DNA of 64,000 nucleotides from Lama guanicoe (Eukaryota): NCBI GenBank assembly GCA_013239625.1, contig MU053652.1:682001-746000 (forward strand), in the 5' to 3' direction. This document shows, piece by piece, positions 41,139-53,155 of the stretch. The translations under genes and the position numbers were made by a program. Position 1 is the first letter of the stretch. Each line of letters opens with the position of its first letter. The notes under the pieces were generated by a model. That model was not told the DNA's origin. It saw only the letters and a list, made by a program, of their open reading frames with translations, and did not search any database.

Positions 41139-41834
41139 AAAGTATCAAACAGAACCATAAAAAGCAATCATTTTTGCTTTGGAGGAAGAAAAAAAAAAAG
41201 AGGAGGAAATTCAAATAACAATACAAAAGCAGTCACTTCTCCCTAAAGAGGGCTAGATGACAAGGCTCTTTCAGCATCCTGAATATTTATTCCCTTAGCA
41301 GATTGTTAGGTCACAGTTACCACTCACTGAGTACTTACATAAACCTCAGCAACTTTGTGAAACAGAAAACTGAAGACACCGAGATTAAACAACCTGCCCA
41401 ATGTCACACAAAAAACTGTGGAGCTAAGTCTACCTTACAGCACAGTACGGATAGTTAATGGCTAATGACTGGAGGACAGTTTTCTTAGAGGGAAGACCAC
41501 AGCTGCTTCTGTCCTGGAGAAACCAGCCCTAGTAATAGCCTTTTCTCCCCTCATTTATCTTAACCGGAAAAAAATCTTCCCTGAATTTTAAACACAGGAC
41601 AGATGAAAATAATTTTTAACCCACTGGGATTCTGTAAGGCCCTAGAAACACACCGGGAGGGTCATGTGGGGGGCATTTTCAAGTCATGGTCAAGGAATAG
41701 CAAGGGCTAATGACCAAAGCAGTTCACACCAGCGCAGTCTGGTGGTGGTACCAGGAAATCCCTGAACTTGACAGTCAAGGTCGCAGACTCGCAGAGTCCT
41801 CACAAATGTGTGTGGATCTCTCCTCCTCCCCTTT

Positions 41835-42170
41835 CTCCCTGCCTCTGCACATGCCCTACTCTGACAGGTAAGTTCTCCTTCCACTCCTGACTGAGCACGG
41901 CTCATCCTCCAGGTCTTAGCACATCTCTTACTATAGGAGGACTTCTCTGACTCTCAAAGACTGTGCTGGGTTACTCTATTCTCCCAGCCTTCGGGCACTC
42001 AGCTGCTTCCTTCAGGACTGCGGAGCTCCCCTACTAGCTCGTGAGCACAACGAGGCCCGGGAGTGACATGCACGTCTGTTTTATCCCTATCGGTCTGCAG
42101 AGGCCACAGCCAAGGTACTGGTCTCCTGGAAGTAGTACAAAGTGCCTAAAAGCGAAGACCATGAGTTGAT
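41835..42170 (+). mobile_element. L2 3' fragment
   Basis: ctcatcctccaggtcttagc...aggacttctctgac...actagctcgtgagcacaacgagg...cacagccaaggtactgg. Confidence 0.45.
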
Positions 42171-43744
42171 TTTTCTGAAAGCTCAAACCAATGCAGACCA
42201 TTAAAAGATGCATTAAAAAACGCCACACCTCTCTTGGTTCCAAGTTTTCCCACATAGCCTCATTACCATTCAGTTATCTCCCAATGATGATTCCACACTC
42301 AACCAAGGCAGGAGCCACACTGATGTCTAAAAAATATGACTCTTGTTAGATGAGAAGAAACTTATACCCCCTAGAAATAATATGCTCAGGAAATGGATGA
42401 TCATTTCTGCTTACAACTATGACTCATGTTAAAAGTATAATAACCCTCTTTAGTGAAAAGATATTTAAAAATTTGGAACATCACTGAAATTTAATTGTGT
42501 CTGTCGGGGTCTGGGATAGATTAATATAGAATTTTCAAAGATGTTTAAAAACCACGCTAAAAAATGCTCTCAGTAACAAAACTCTAAGAACCTCTTAATA
42601 ACCATGAACGGCAGTCTCTTTTTAGGGGTGAATATTAATTATGAGCAGAAAGAAATTGATGGCAGTGACTCTCTTTTGCTGAAATTCATTCATTACCATT
42701 AAGTTAATAAGACAGAAGTGGTCAGCAACAACTATCATGATGCAGTTGGCATGACTTACATTTTTGTTTTTTAACCATGCCTCATTTCCTAGAGGAAATG
42801 CCATTTTACCTTACTAGACTAAGAACAAAAAACCAAGAAATAATACCTGCCACTTCTGATGATCTCCTTGGCTGTCTTCACATCTTCACAGCACAAGTTA
42901 AATTAGATGAATGAGGTTTATTTTTTCCCCTTAAATGTCATTTATTATTTGAAATACTCTACTAAATTCTTTTTAAGTCCCCAAATCAGAAATTCATCCC
43001 CCTTTCCATGACTTAACTCCTAAAACTGGACATCAAAAGTAAAATATAGGTGAAGATTATATAAAACTTTCAAAGAAATCATTAAAAAATGTACTATATA
43101 ATTTGACAATGTTCTAGTTGGTGTTAACTAATTTGGACACATCATATATAGAGTCGGGCCTGATTCAATTAACTCAAATAACTGCAGTTCTTGTTATTTT
43201 TAGAAATATTGTCTGCAGAAGATGGAAACATTTTAAAATAGGCTGCTGCCTATCTTTTTACTCCATGAGGGTTCACTACAGTCTGCACAACGAATTGGTT
43301 TAATGTAAACATGTCTACAAGGGCTAATTTCATCTATATCCTACTGTCATTTCATTTGCCCCATTATTTTAATTATTCGATCATTCATCATTTTACTAGC
43401 GCTTTTTTGTGTTTGAGGGGGGCTACTGTTACCCTCTTAGTATATGTATTTAGAACTTAAAGATAATTCTCCCTACTGCAGCTACATATACTTTTCTATT
43501 TATTCCAGTGTCCAATTTCACTATGATCTTCACATAGGCAGCATAGTCTATGTATTAGTAGGAAAAGTGCCCCAAATGTTATCTTGGCCAGTAAAGCTTA
43601 GCATTCAGCCCTAAATAATTTAAGGGCAAGTGATCTTTCTCCAGGTCCTCCCTACTTCAGCACAGGAGGAATATATCCTATCATCATCTAAAAATGGTAA
43701 TCCATTTAACTGTCCACTTTCAGTTTCCACTATAACCACCTCTA

Positions 43745-43935
43745 CAAATATCATTAATTGAGACCTTACTATGTTTCAAGTACAGTTCTAAGTAGTTTAA
43801 GTATATCTGCTCATCTTCTAAAAATCCTCTTAAGCTCATGGTATTATTCCTGTTTTACAGATGCAGAAACTGAGACTTCTTGAAATTCAGTAACTAAAAT
43901 GGAAAACGGAACTTAGATGGTTTGACTCAACCACC
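43745..43935 (-). mobile_element. MIR SINE
   Basis: attaattgagaccttactatgtttcaagtacagttctaagt...tattattcctgttttacagatgcagaaactgagact. Confidence 0.85.
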
Positions 43936-45156
43936 TGAATCTCAACAGTATTTCTGCCTTCAGGGCTAAATTCACTCACCACTCTCAGAATTCTAATGAG
44001 CTAAAGGTACTCCTTTAAATTCCTACTAAGGCATATTCTTTCGTGCAGGATTGATTTTTATAAACTCTTATTCACGCATGCATAGAACCAGTGCCAGGAT
44101 GACAGACATCGCCCAGCTCACTACTTGATTTCTTATTAGAAAAAAACCTCCGTATATTAGAAACCCCATTTTATGAGTCCCAAAGGGGAAAAAATACATG
44201 ATCTCTAGGAGGAAACTCATTTCTTCCCATGACTGCCTATATCTTTCCAACTAGGTTTCTTAATTACCTCCCCTTCACCCTGCCTAACAGAATTTGAATT
44301 CCTCCAGCCCTGAATTCTCTGCCGTCCTGGGCCCGCTCATGCCTTTCCCCTCCTACCACTAACAAGTATCAAGACAAGAGCTACGAACAGAGAGCACCCC
44401 ATTCTCACATAGCTCTAGTTTGTTCACTTCAAATTCTGTGAATTTCAGAAATCGCAAAGTTCTTTGGAGAGTGACAACAGAAAAATGTTCATAAAGTCAG
44501 GTTTCCTTACTTTTATCTGTCACAAGAGAGGAAAACAGAGCTATACAGAGAAGAAAATCCAGCTATCCAGGGAAAGGTATTTGCTGAGCTTTGGCGAGTT
44601 GACAAGGAATGAGGGGATGTTTCCAGAACTGACGACCCAGAGAAAAAGAGATTAGAGGAGGTTCTTGCCCTGTGAACCTGCCACAGAGGAGAAAGTCCCA
44701 AAAGATAAATGAAGGCTGTGTTTGGGTGCCAAAGAAAACCAGTGCAAAAACAGTACAGAGCAGTCTTGTACACCCTTCGAAAAATGACTCTGAGACACAG
44801 TTTTACAAATGAAAGGGTGTGCTGATACGGCGGGCATTTTCAGCTGTGACCAGCCGGGATGCTGACAGAGTCCGACCCTGGCGAACGCGGAGGGTTCCAG
44901 GGAACCCTTGCCTCAGCCTCTAGGGAAGGAGAAGAAAAGCTTCTGAAAACTGAGTCATGGTTTTTGGATTCCAGACCAATTCCATGTCATAAAGAATCCG
45001 AAAGTATAATATCTACTCACAAATACAAAACATTATTGTTGGTAATTTTAATAACGTTTTCCTTCCTCTCTGAAGTTTCATTAGAAGCTCCCCTCAGGCC
45101 TGTCCAAATCTACAGGAACTACTACAAACTACTGCTCCATTAAGGATGCAAATATG

Positions 45157-45207
45157 ACACAACATTGTAAAATGACTATAACTCAATAAAAAGATGTTTT
45201 AAAAAAA
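45157..45207 (+). mobile_element. extremely 5'-truncated young L1 (last ~30 nt plus tail)
   Basis: acacaacattgtaaaatgactataactcaataaaaagatgttttaaaaaaa, flanked by perfect TSD aaggatgcaaatatg (45142-45156 / 45208-45222). Confidence 0.9.
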
Positions 45208-47370
45208 AAGGATGCAAATATGTAACTTCAGGTTTCAAAACCCTGAAAGGACACAATCTCACTCACTCATTTTGCTTGCTTCCTAAAATTCACCCCAATT
45301 AGGAAATTAGAAAATAGTGAGCATTGACATTGTTATTTATAGTTTTCAATTTTCAGACTTCTTTGTCTTGGTCATTTTTACTCTTTGTTTTTCTTCTTTT
45401 CACCCAGGAAAAACAGGGTTAATATTTAAGTCCAAAAGGGGTCCACATTCATAGAGTACCTGGCCTGTGAGTTTTTAGGAAAACGCCACAAAATCTATTT
45501 TTATTTTTCTATCTGTAAGTAAAAATGAGTATTATGAACTAGAGTTTGGAGGTGGAGAAACAGTCCAAACTTCATTAAAAAAAAGTAAAAGCAGTCAATT
45601 GCTCTGAGGCCGAAAAAAAGGCACTGAAGGCCCTTGGTCCTGGGGCTGCCTCTACCCCAACAGCGGCCACACTGTTCCCACTTCTCTCTTCCTAGGTCTC
45701 CTCCTTGAACCCTGTCCCACGCCTTCCCCACTGTTTCTCCTCCTCTCTGGAACCATGCCATTCTCTTCTTTTTTCTTTAATGTTCTTTTGTCACTCTCCA
45801 CTCCTTCCCTTTGCTCCATTCCCTCTAAGTGGTTTAAACAGAACTGAGATTTTTTTTTAAACAAATTGTTTAGCAAATAAAGCACATAATCTCTACATTA
45901 CATTGAAGACAAATTACAGAGCTTGTATTTTCCTAAGAACCAAAACAAGCGAGAAAGAAAACTGCACTGTACCAGTATGTAGCACTCAATTTATTTGGGG
46001 GTAATCCAAAGCAAAAACTCTCCACCAAGTGCCACTTATCTTCATTAAAAATATCCTCTATCTTTAGGCTATTTGTGAAAGTAACTGCGGTTCACTTTTT
46101 CCCCCCTACATACTCATTTCAAAAAAATACATCCATCTATCATAAATGCTTATGCTGGTGGCTTTGCGTCTACACTGAGACTATTAGCTGTGAATGTCGT
46201 AGGGAGGATGGCAGTTATAAACCATCACCATTATAGCCAAATTATCTGGAAAAGGAAACCAACCAGCTTTTCTGTTTATCTCTTATTTACTAATGAGAAT
46301 CAATCTACTAAACAGTATCTGCCTACTAGGGTTTTAGAGTTACAGACTAAGGTCCTTGTGGGCAATTCTGGTATCAGAGAGAAGTCCTCATATTAATATT
46401 TAAAATCATCCTATTCAGTGAACAAGCAATCTGTATCTTCACATTACCGTTTAATGCTAGGAGGCTAGTTCATATTATAAGTGATCCAAAGCCCATTTCT
46501 TTTAGAGTCAACAATCCTTTTCTTATGATAACACAATAATTTTTCAGACTAATGAATCATGATGTTTTTCTGAAAATGTTCAATTCAAAACAAACACAGA
46601 ATGTGCAGTGCTGAGAGTCTATAGGTGTTGATTTTTTTAAATCATGTTGTTTTGATTTTTAATTTTTGGATGCTATATCATCCTTTTCCTCTGTATTTAT
46701 TCAGGTTTGAATGAAAGTTTCTGCTTCAGTTCAGAGTTTTGAAGTTCTTGGCTATGATGTCTTCCTTGGCCTACACCCTAATAAGACTAAGTCTCCATGC
46801 ATGCTGTCAATTATCTATATCAAATGCTGGGATTGATGAGAAGGTGACTTTTTAGTACAGAACCCTGAGGCCCTCTTCAGGGCAAAAAGGAGGGAAATGT
46901 GGTGAATGACTTCTTTCAATTTTTTTCTTCTCTCACAGGGGGAGTACTTAGGACATATTCCAAGAACACTTTATGGTCCTAATAATTAAACCAGCAAAGA
47001 AATCACCTTCCCCTCTTTTTTCCTTCCTTCGGGGATTACATAAGCAGTGTCCATTCCAGAAATGAAAACGACCAATCTCAACAGTAAGAAAGGTTTATTT
47101 ACAAGCTAAAATGAAAAACTTCTTTCTATGGTAGAATAAAATAACCTAGACAATAAGAATACGCCTCCTGGCTTTTCTCCCTCTTTGGATTTCTTCTACT
47201 ACAGTTATTTTACAGATTAGCGTTAATCCCCCCAAACAGCAAATATCTGGCAGGGTAGGTTATTGAGTGTATTTATGATAAGAATACTATTTCCAATTAG
47301 GCTTCAACATTGCCTGAGAAGTCAACTAGAATTATTAGTATAAAATCTTAGCATAAGATTCATTTCCAGT

Positions 47371-47465
47371 GGGGAGTGGGTATCGCTCAGTGGCAGACAG
47401 CATGCTTAGCCTGCACAAGGTCCTAGGTTCAATCCTCAGTATCTTCACCAGAAAAAAAAAAAAAA
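47371..47465 (+). mobile_element. tRNA-derived SINE, camelid vic-1-like
   Basis: ggggagtgggtatcgctcagtggcagacagcatgcttagcctgcacaaggtcctaggttcaatcctcagtatcttcacc plus poly(A). B-box-like ggttcaatcc; degenerate TSD aagattcatttcc / aaaattcactgcc. Confidence 0.88.
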
Positions 47466-49212
47466 TTCACTGCCCCGTTCCAAGGCATAATTACTGTAGT
47501 AAGGGACCTTGAAATGGCCACTCCATTAGCTTTAAGTGGTACTAATTAGAATTTATAATTTAGATCTTATGTAAGACACAGACGCCAGCATGGGCTGTAT
47601 AAAGTTTTGGCACTTTATATAAGAAAATACCAATTTGAAGATTAAAAATATGACTACGTAGTCTTAAAGGGTAATTTTTATTCTAGAAAGGAAATAATAA
47701 GCAACTTGAAGTTGTTGCCAGTGGGAGGAACAACCGAGTTTAAAGCTCCATTTCACAAATTAAATTCTGGCTGCATCTTAACATCAAGATTTTTTTTTTT
47801 CCCTTCGCAGTGCCAGAAATACATTCCAGAGCCAATGTTCTCAAGTGAAAACATACAGTATTTAGACAAGCAGTAATTCGCTAGTAATGTTTCCACATAA
47901 TCATTTCACACACGATTGCTAATCATGCCATGTGAGGGAAATCTCTCAGCCAGGGAACATATATTGGCCATAAAATTAAATTATCAAACTGATAAAGGAA
48001 AAATGGTCAAATAAAATAATGCATTCTAAGCTGGTTCAGAGTAATAAAGTGCATTTTGGATACTTACAAAAGGGCAAAAATCTGGAACGTAACCCAATCT
48101 TAGAAACACAATGTCTCCTTTACTCCTGAAATATTTAGCTAAAATTACTTCTCCCCAAAGCAGTAATATAATATTCAAGAGTTTCCCATTCAGTCCAGCA
48201 TCCCTTCTAAGGACTAAGCTCTTAAAAAATTATTTACTGAGATCCATTCCAATAGTTTCACCACCAAACCACAATCTTGATCTCAATACCCTCTCCACCC
48301 ACTAATGAATGGGAAGGGACAGAGAGAGGCTGGAGTAACACCAGAGCTTCTGAGAGCATTCTCTTGCTGAGAAGCAAGCCAAGGCATTCGGAGCAATTCC
48401 ATCTTCCTCCTCCTGCTCAAAGGGAAAGACACAGAAGGTGCTGATTGAAAGCATTAGGGAGGTTTACATGGAGGAAAGCCAAAAGAGACACTCAGAGCAG
48501 GCACACCCCTCCCTGCCTTCTTCAGAAACACAAATGAGCATGGAAGAAGTCAAGTTATAAATAATCTTCGGTGGTAAAAAACTAGTAATGTTTCCCACAT
48601 GGCAGGATCTGGCAGAGTATATTATGGAGCCAATACGTGAAATGCTTAGCTATCAAATTAATTCCAGTTGGCTGGGATATGAACCCTGTCACATACTGAA
48701 AACTAGATGAAACATAACTAAAAGGAATGATAAAGAGCAATGGAAGTGGTGCTGGAAAAGAAATCATGAAGCTTCGGGCTTTAATGATTTTGTCAATATC
48801 TGGAGATGAGAAATTCCACAGGAACAGAAAAAAACCACAGGGGGATTTTTTGCAAACCTTAGGAAGAAATTATAAAAGGGTTGGCAATATTAGTACTTTC
48901 AAAAGAGGAAGGGGGATTATTTTAAAATAATAAGCCTGAGAAAATGCTAAGCTAAATTTTAGAATTTAAATTGATTTTTCCCTTGAGTGGAACACTGACA
49001 AAAAAAGGTCTACTCAGTATTCACTGCAATCCACCATAGTGGAAAATCATTCCTTTCATTTCTCGCTCTTCCTAATTTTTAAGGCATGGGATGGAAAAGC
49101 ACAGGTAGATTAAGAGAAATGAATCAGCAAAATTAAATACCTCTCTTTCATAAATTGTTTCTGGCACTGTTTTCCTACAACTTCAGTTTTCAACTGCTCC
49201 TGAAGCAAAATA

Positions 49213-49404
49213 CAGTTGACCCTTGAACAACATGGGTTTGAAATGTGCAGGTCCACTTACACGTGGTTATTTTTCCATAGTAAATACCACAATACTACAC
49301 AGAGTAATGCTGGCTGGATCTAAGGAGGCAGAGGAACTTCAGCTACAGAGGGCCGACTACAAGGTATAGGTGAGCTAGCCTCTGCGTTGTTCAGGGGCCA
49401 ACTG
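49213..49404. mobile_element. Tigger2/MER8-type TcMar MITE
   Basis: TIRs cagttgacccttgaacaac ... gttgttcaggggccaactg, flanked by a TA target duplication on both sides. Confidence 0.9.
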
Positions 49405-49669
49405 TATTTAATCAGCCGTCTCACATTCTTGTCAGAAAAGCATAAACATGAAATGAACAAGTCAATTTTTAAAAAATTAATGAAGTTTCTGAAACAAACT
49501 GCTGATCATTTACTCAAACTTTTCCAAATAAATACATATATGGGTCCATTCTTCCTAACATAAGAGTTAGATTTAGCACGATGACACAAACAAATGGCCT
49601 GAGCACATCAGAACTGTTTCCCTCTCTTTTTGGGGCTCCTACTCTATTATCCTGCTTTAAAATAAGGAA

Positions 49670-49910
49670 TATGCAGTCACATACCTGGACCACTATATAT
49701 AAAAATAGATTAAAAAACAAATTTCTTCTGTATAGCACAGGGAGCTATATTCAATATCTTGTAATAAACTTTAATGAAAAAGAATATGAAAATGAATACA
49801 TGTATGTATGTGTGTATAAATATAAACAAATATATATGTACAACTGGGACATTATGCTGTACACCAGAAATTGACACATTGTAACTGACTATATTTCAAT
49901 AAAATAAAAC
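49670..49910 (+). mobile_element. 5'-truncated L1 3' end (artiodactyl/camelid type)
   Basis: ctgtatagcacagggagctatattcaatatcttgta...gaaaaagaatatgaaaatgaata...ttatgctgtacaccagaaattgacacattgtaactgactatatttcaataaaa. TSD aaataaggaa (49660-49669 / 49911-49920). Confidence 0.9.
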
Positions 49911-50741
49911 AAATAAGGAACAAGGAATACATCATATACATTCAGAGCTTTATATGTTTAAAGTCAATTTCTAAGAGCATCACAAAGACCAAAATATTTG
50001 AGAATAATGTTACTCCTGTCCCATCTCATTGAAAAAAAGAAGAGCCCACAATGGCAGAAGTCATTTGAGAAATAATGGAATGGCACAAAATATAGGGGAT
50101 GCATGCTTCCCAGAAGATAATGTCAATAGAGAACATTTATCAGGAAGATATTCCTGCAGGTAGCAAAAGGTTCTTGCAAGTTTTCCTTTCACTTCATATC
50201 AAGATTCAAAGCTAACAGGAAGACCACAATGTTCTATTCTAAAAATATCCAAGGACTAATTCTTTTCTGCAATAGAAACATCCCTGATCCATGTTGAGAA
50301 ATTTTCCTTTATATAAATTAAATTATATTCTAAATAGGTTTGAAAATTTACCTTGGGTAAATTTCTATTTAAAAAGTTCTTAAGTTCTGCACATAATTAC
50401 ATCTAAATGAACCAGTTAAATTCATAAAGTTTTCTTCTAAGTCAGCCCACCTACTTTCAGATACTTATCTTCTAGAAGCAAAACTAAGAGAAGGGCATAG
50501 TGATCAGACTAGACCACCAACACAAAGTACTCTGAGGTTCTGATCTGGACTTGGCCTGCGATGTCTCTGGGACTCAGAGCTGGTCATATTGTGTCTTTCC
50601 ATCTTAATTTTTTTTTTTAACAGAAAACTCATTTGTTCCAACCCACTAAGAGAATTATGTTTAGGAACAACTCCCGTGAAAAAGTCCTAGAGCCTGAGAA
50701 ACCTTCTCTTTTAAGAGTTTTGAATGGAGGTGCACCCTTGA

Positions 50742-51005
50742 AATATAGAGTAGAGGTAAGAACTAGGGCTCTGGGGTACTTCTGCCTGGGCTTGAATCCT
50801 GGCCCCTCCACTTGCAGTAGTGTGATCTTGGCCCAGCTACTTCAACTCCATGCCTCATGTTCCATACCTATAAAGTAGGGATAATAACAATCCCTACCGC
50901 ATAGAGTTGCCATGTAGACTGAATTAGACAGAACATGTTAAGCACTGATAAAACACCATGATGTAACTGGGTATATCATTAGGGTTCAATAATATTGGTT
51001 ATTTT
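50742..51005 (+). mobile_element. MIR SINE (near full length)
   Basis: gtaagaactagggctctgg...ctgcctgggcttgaatcctggcccctccacttgcagtagtgtgatcttgg...tgcctca...taaagtagggataataacaatccctaccgcatagagttg. Confidence 0.88.
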
Positions 51006-52719
51006 CTTCATTACTTACTTGAGTTGACTGAGACCTTTACAATACACAAGCAGACTGCAGAAGTAACACCCAGAATGGACACTTGGATGATCAATGCCAC
51101 CCTGCATTACCCTAACATTCCTAGAACTCAGAATGTTTCAAAACTATTATTTACTCTCTTGTATGTAACTCCAAATATAAGGATTCAAGATGTATACTCA
51201 TTACTCTTTCTGGGTCTAGGTAGGAAACAATATTAACATTCCAGAAGTGCAATGTTTGCAAGGCATCAAACTTTGGGAGGCAAATTGGATGTGAGCAACC
51301 CAAGCAAAATCACTAGGACTGCATCAATAAACTGACTCCTTATGACTTCAGTGGTAGTTTTCCTGGAGTTTCCTGTGATAATGAGCGTAGACAGCATTGA
51401 TCCATTAAGGACCATGCCTGCTGCCTTAATGCGTTCCTGCAAGAAATTCAATCATGTTTGTTCAGGAGAGACTTTGAGTTATCTTAAGGACATTCAAACA
51501 CCAGCTTTCTCAGGATATGCTAATATATTTAAATTATAGAGGGGATTTCTGATTGCATTAGAAATGCATCCATCTTCCCTGTCTTGTCTTTGCAGAGGGC
51601 ATGCCACAGGCATCATCACAACAAATGCAAACTTCTTCTAGGCTGGGGTTACTAATTATATTTAAAAGAGCAACTGGTTTCTTTCTCAGTAGTTAGTCAC
51701 CATCCACCAAATAATATCTGAAAAAATGTAGCACACATAAATACATTTCATCCAACTCCCAGGTAAATCCCTGTGTGGATGTTAATCCAAGAATGGGCCT
51801 GGTAGAGAGTCTAGAAGACTAAGAAACTTAAAGGAAAAACTCAGTAGAAATTTTAGAAAGAGCAAGACCCACTTTTCAGAGAAAGTGGAAAAAAAGAAAA
51901 TGAGATATCACTAATAGTTTGAACAGAAAAAAAAAAATCTAGTTCCTGGCAGTGTAGCTGACTTAAATTGCTAGAAAGATTTCAAAATGTCAGCAGAGAC
52001 TGACTTCCTCTCCCAATCTAAACTATGAATAAAACTTCCTGCAGATGCTCCAAAGCCTATGATAAAATGCTTCTAACATTTACATCTGTAGTGGTTTTCC
52101 TTCTAGAGAGAAAAGAAAATATGGGGAAATAAATTTTGACAGCCTTTGTGATGTTCAGTAAGGTGGAAGGATGTTTGCAAACTTCAAACCTGAGTGACTT
52201 GTTGCCGCGCCTTTTCTGACAGGCAACGTTAAACAAATGTCTCACACAGGAGGTAACTCTGGTGTGTGTGCTTGGGTTTGGGGAGGGGAGGAGAGAGGAG
52301 CTTTATACGTTGTCATGGGAAATTAACGGTCTACCTTAAGGAGTTTCACAGACTATCATTTTTAATCAACACAGGCAGCCTTGTCAGCTCACAGAAGCAC
52401 TAAAGATAACAAAACAGGGGACTGACTCTTTTGGCTTCATCCTCATCTCCACAATGACCTAAATAAGAAGCAATTCTCCTTAAATAACTTCACCACAAAA
52501 CACGTTTGGAAATTGTGTAGTTTACCTATTTGGATGTCAAGGAGATATTCAAGCAGAGATCTTGAGTTCTTATATAATCCAACTCCTTCCCTCATCCCTG
52601 TTCTTCTTCTTCCCAAGCATCACTAGGTAGTGTCCATGTTCCCTGATGAGGAGGTTATTTTTCCATGCTAACATTTTCACTAGATGTGGGTATATTAATT
52701 TCAAAATAAGACTGTGTCC

Positions 52720-52820
52720 CAACATTGTAAAATGACTATAACTCAATAAAAAAAAGTTTTAAAAATATATCTTAAGTGGTTTAGAAATATGATGAGAAAA
52801 ATTTGTGGTAAGTAAAAAAA
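52720..52820 (+). mobile_element. short L1 3' end plus extra sequence plus second poly(A), inside one TSD pair
   Basis: caacattgtaaaatgactataactcaataaaaaaaagttttaaaaa, then ~48 nt of non-L1-looking sequence, then an A run. TSD aaaataagactgtgtcc (52703-52719) / aaaattagactgtgtcc (52821-52837). Confidence 0.85.
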
Positions 52821-52953
52821 AAAATTAGACTGTGTCCTTCCCTGAGCCATCTCAAACTGATGGTTAAGTGCTATAATGAAAATAGGTCTAAAGCACAGAA
52901 ACTTCAAACATTTCAAAAGGGAATTTCAGAAAATTCAAAAGGAAATATATTCA

Positions 52954-53155
52954 CAAACTACTGTATGCAGAAGAGATATAAGTAACAAGGTCCTACTGTA
53001 TAGCACAGGGAACTATATTCAATAACTTGTAATAACCTACAGTGGAAAAGATTAGGAAAAAGAACATATATATGCATAATTGAATCACTGTGCCATACTT
53101 GACAAACTAACACAACACTGTAAATCAACTATACTTCAGTTTTTTTCTAAAAATG
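52954..53155 (+). mobile_element. 5'-truncated L1 3' end (artiodactyl type)
   Basis: aacaaggtcctactgtatagcacagggaactatattcaa...gaatcactgtgc...aaactaacacaacactgtaaatcaactatacttca. TSD aaggaaatatattca (52939-52953) / aaggaaatgtgttca (53156-53170). Confidence 0.88.

Noticed and set aside
47371..47450. tRNA genes at the three SINE loci
   Set aside because: Diverged, A-tailed and TSD-flanked, so these are retroposed SINEs rather than tRNA genes.
51266..51451. RPL22-like pseudogene (FLQERIK motif)
   Set aside because: Only 7 residues match my recollection of RPL22, and the flanks on both sides are unrelated. A tttcttgcag acceptor is present but no convincing donor.
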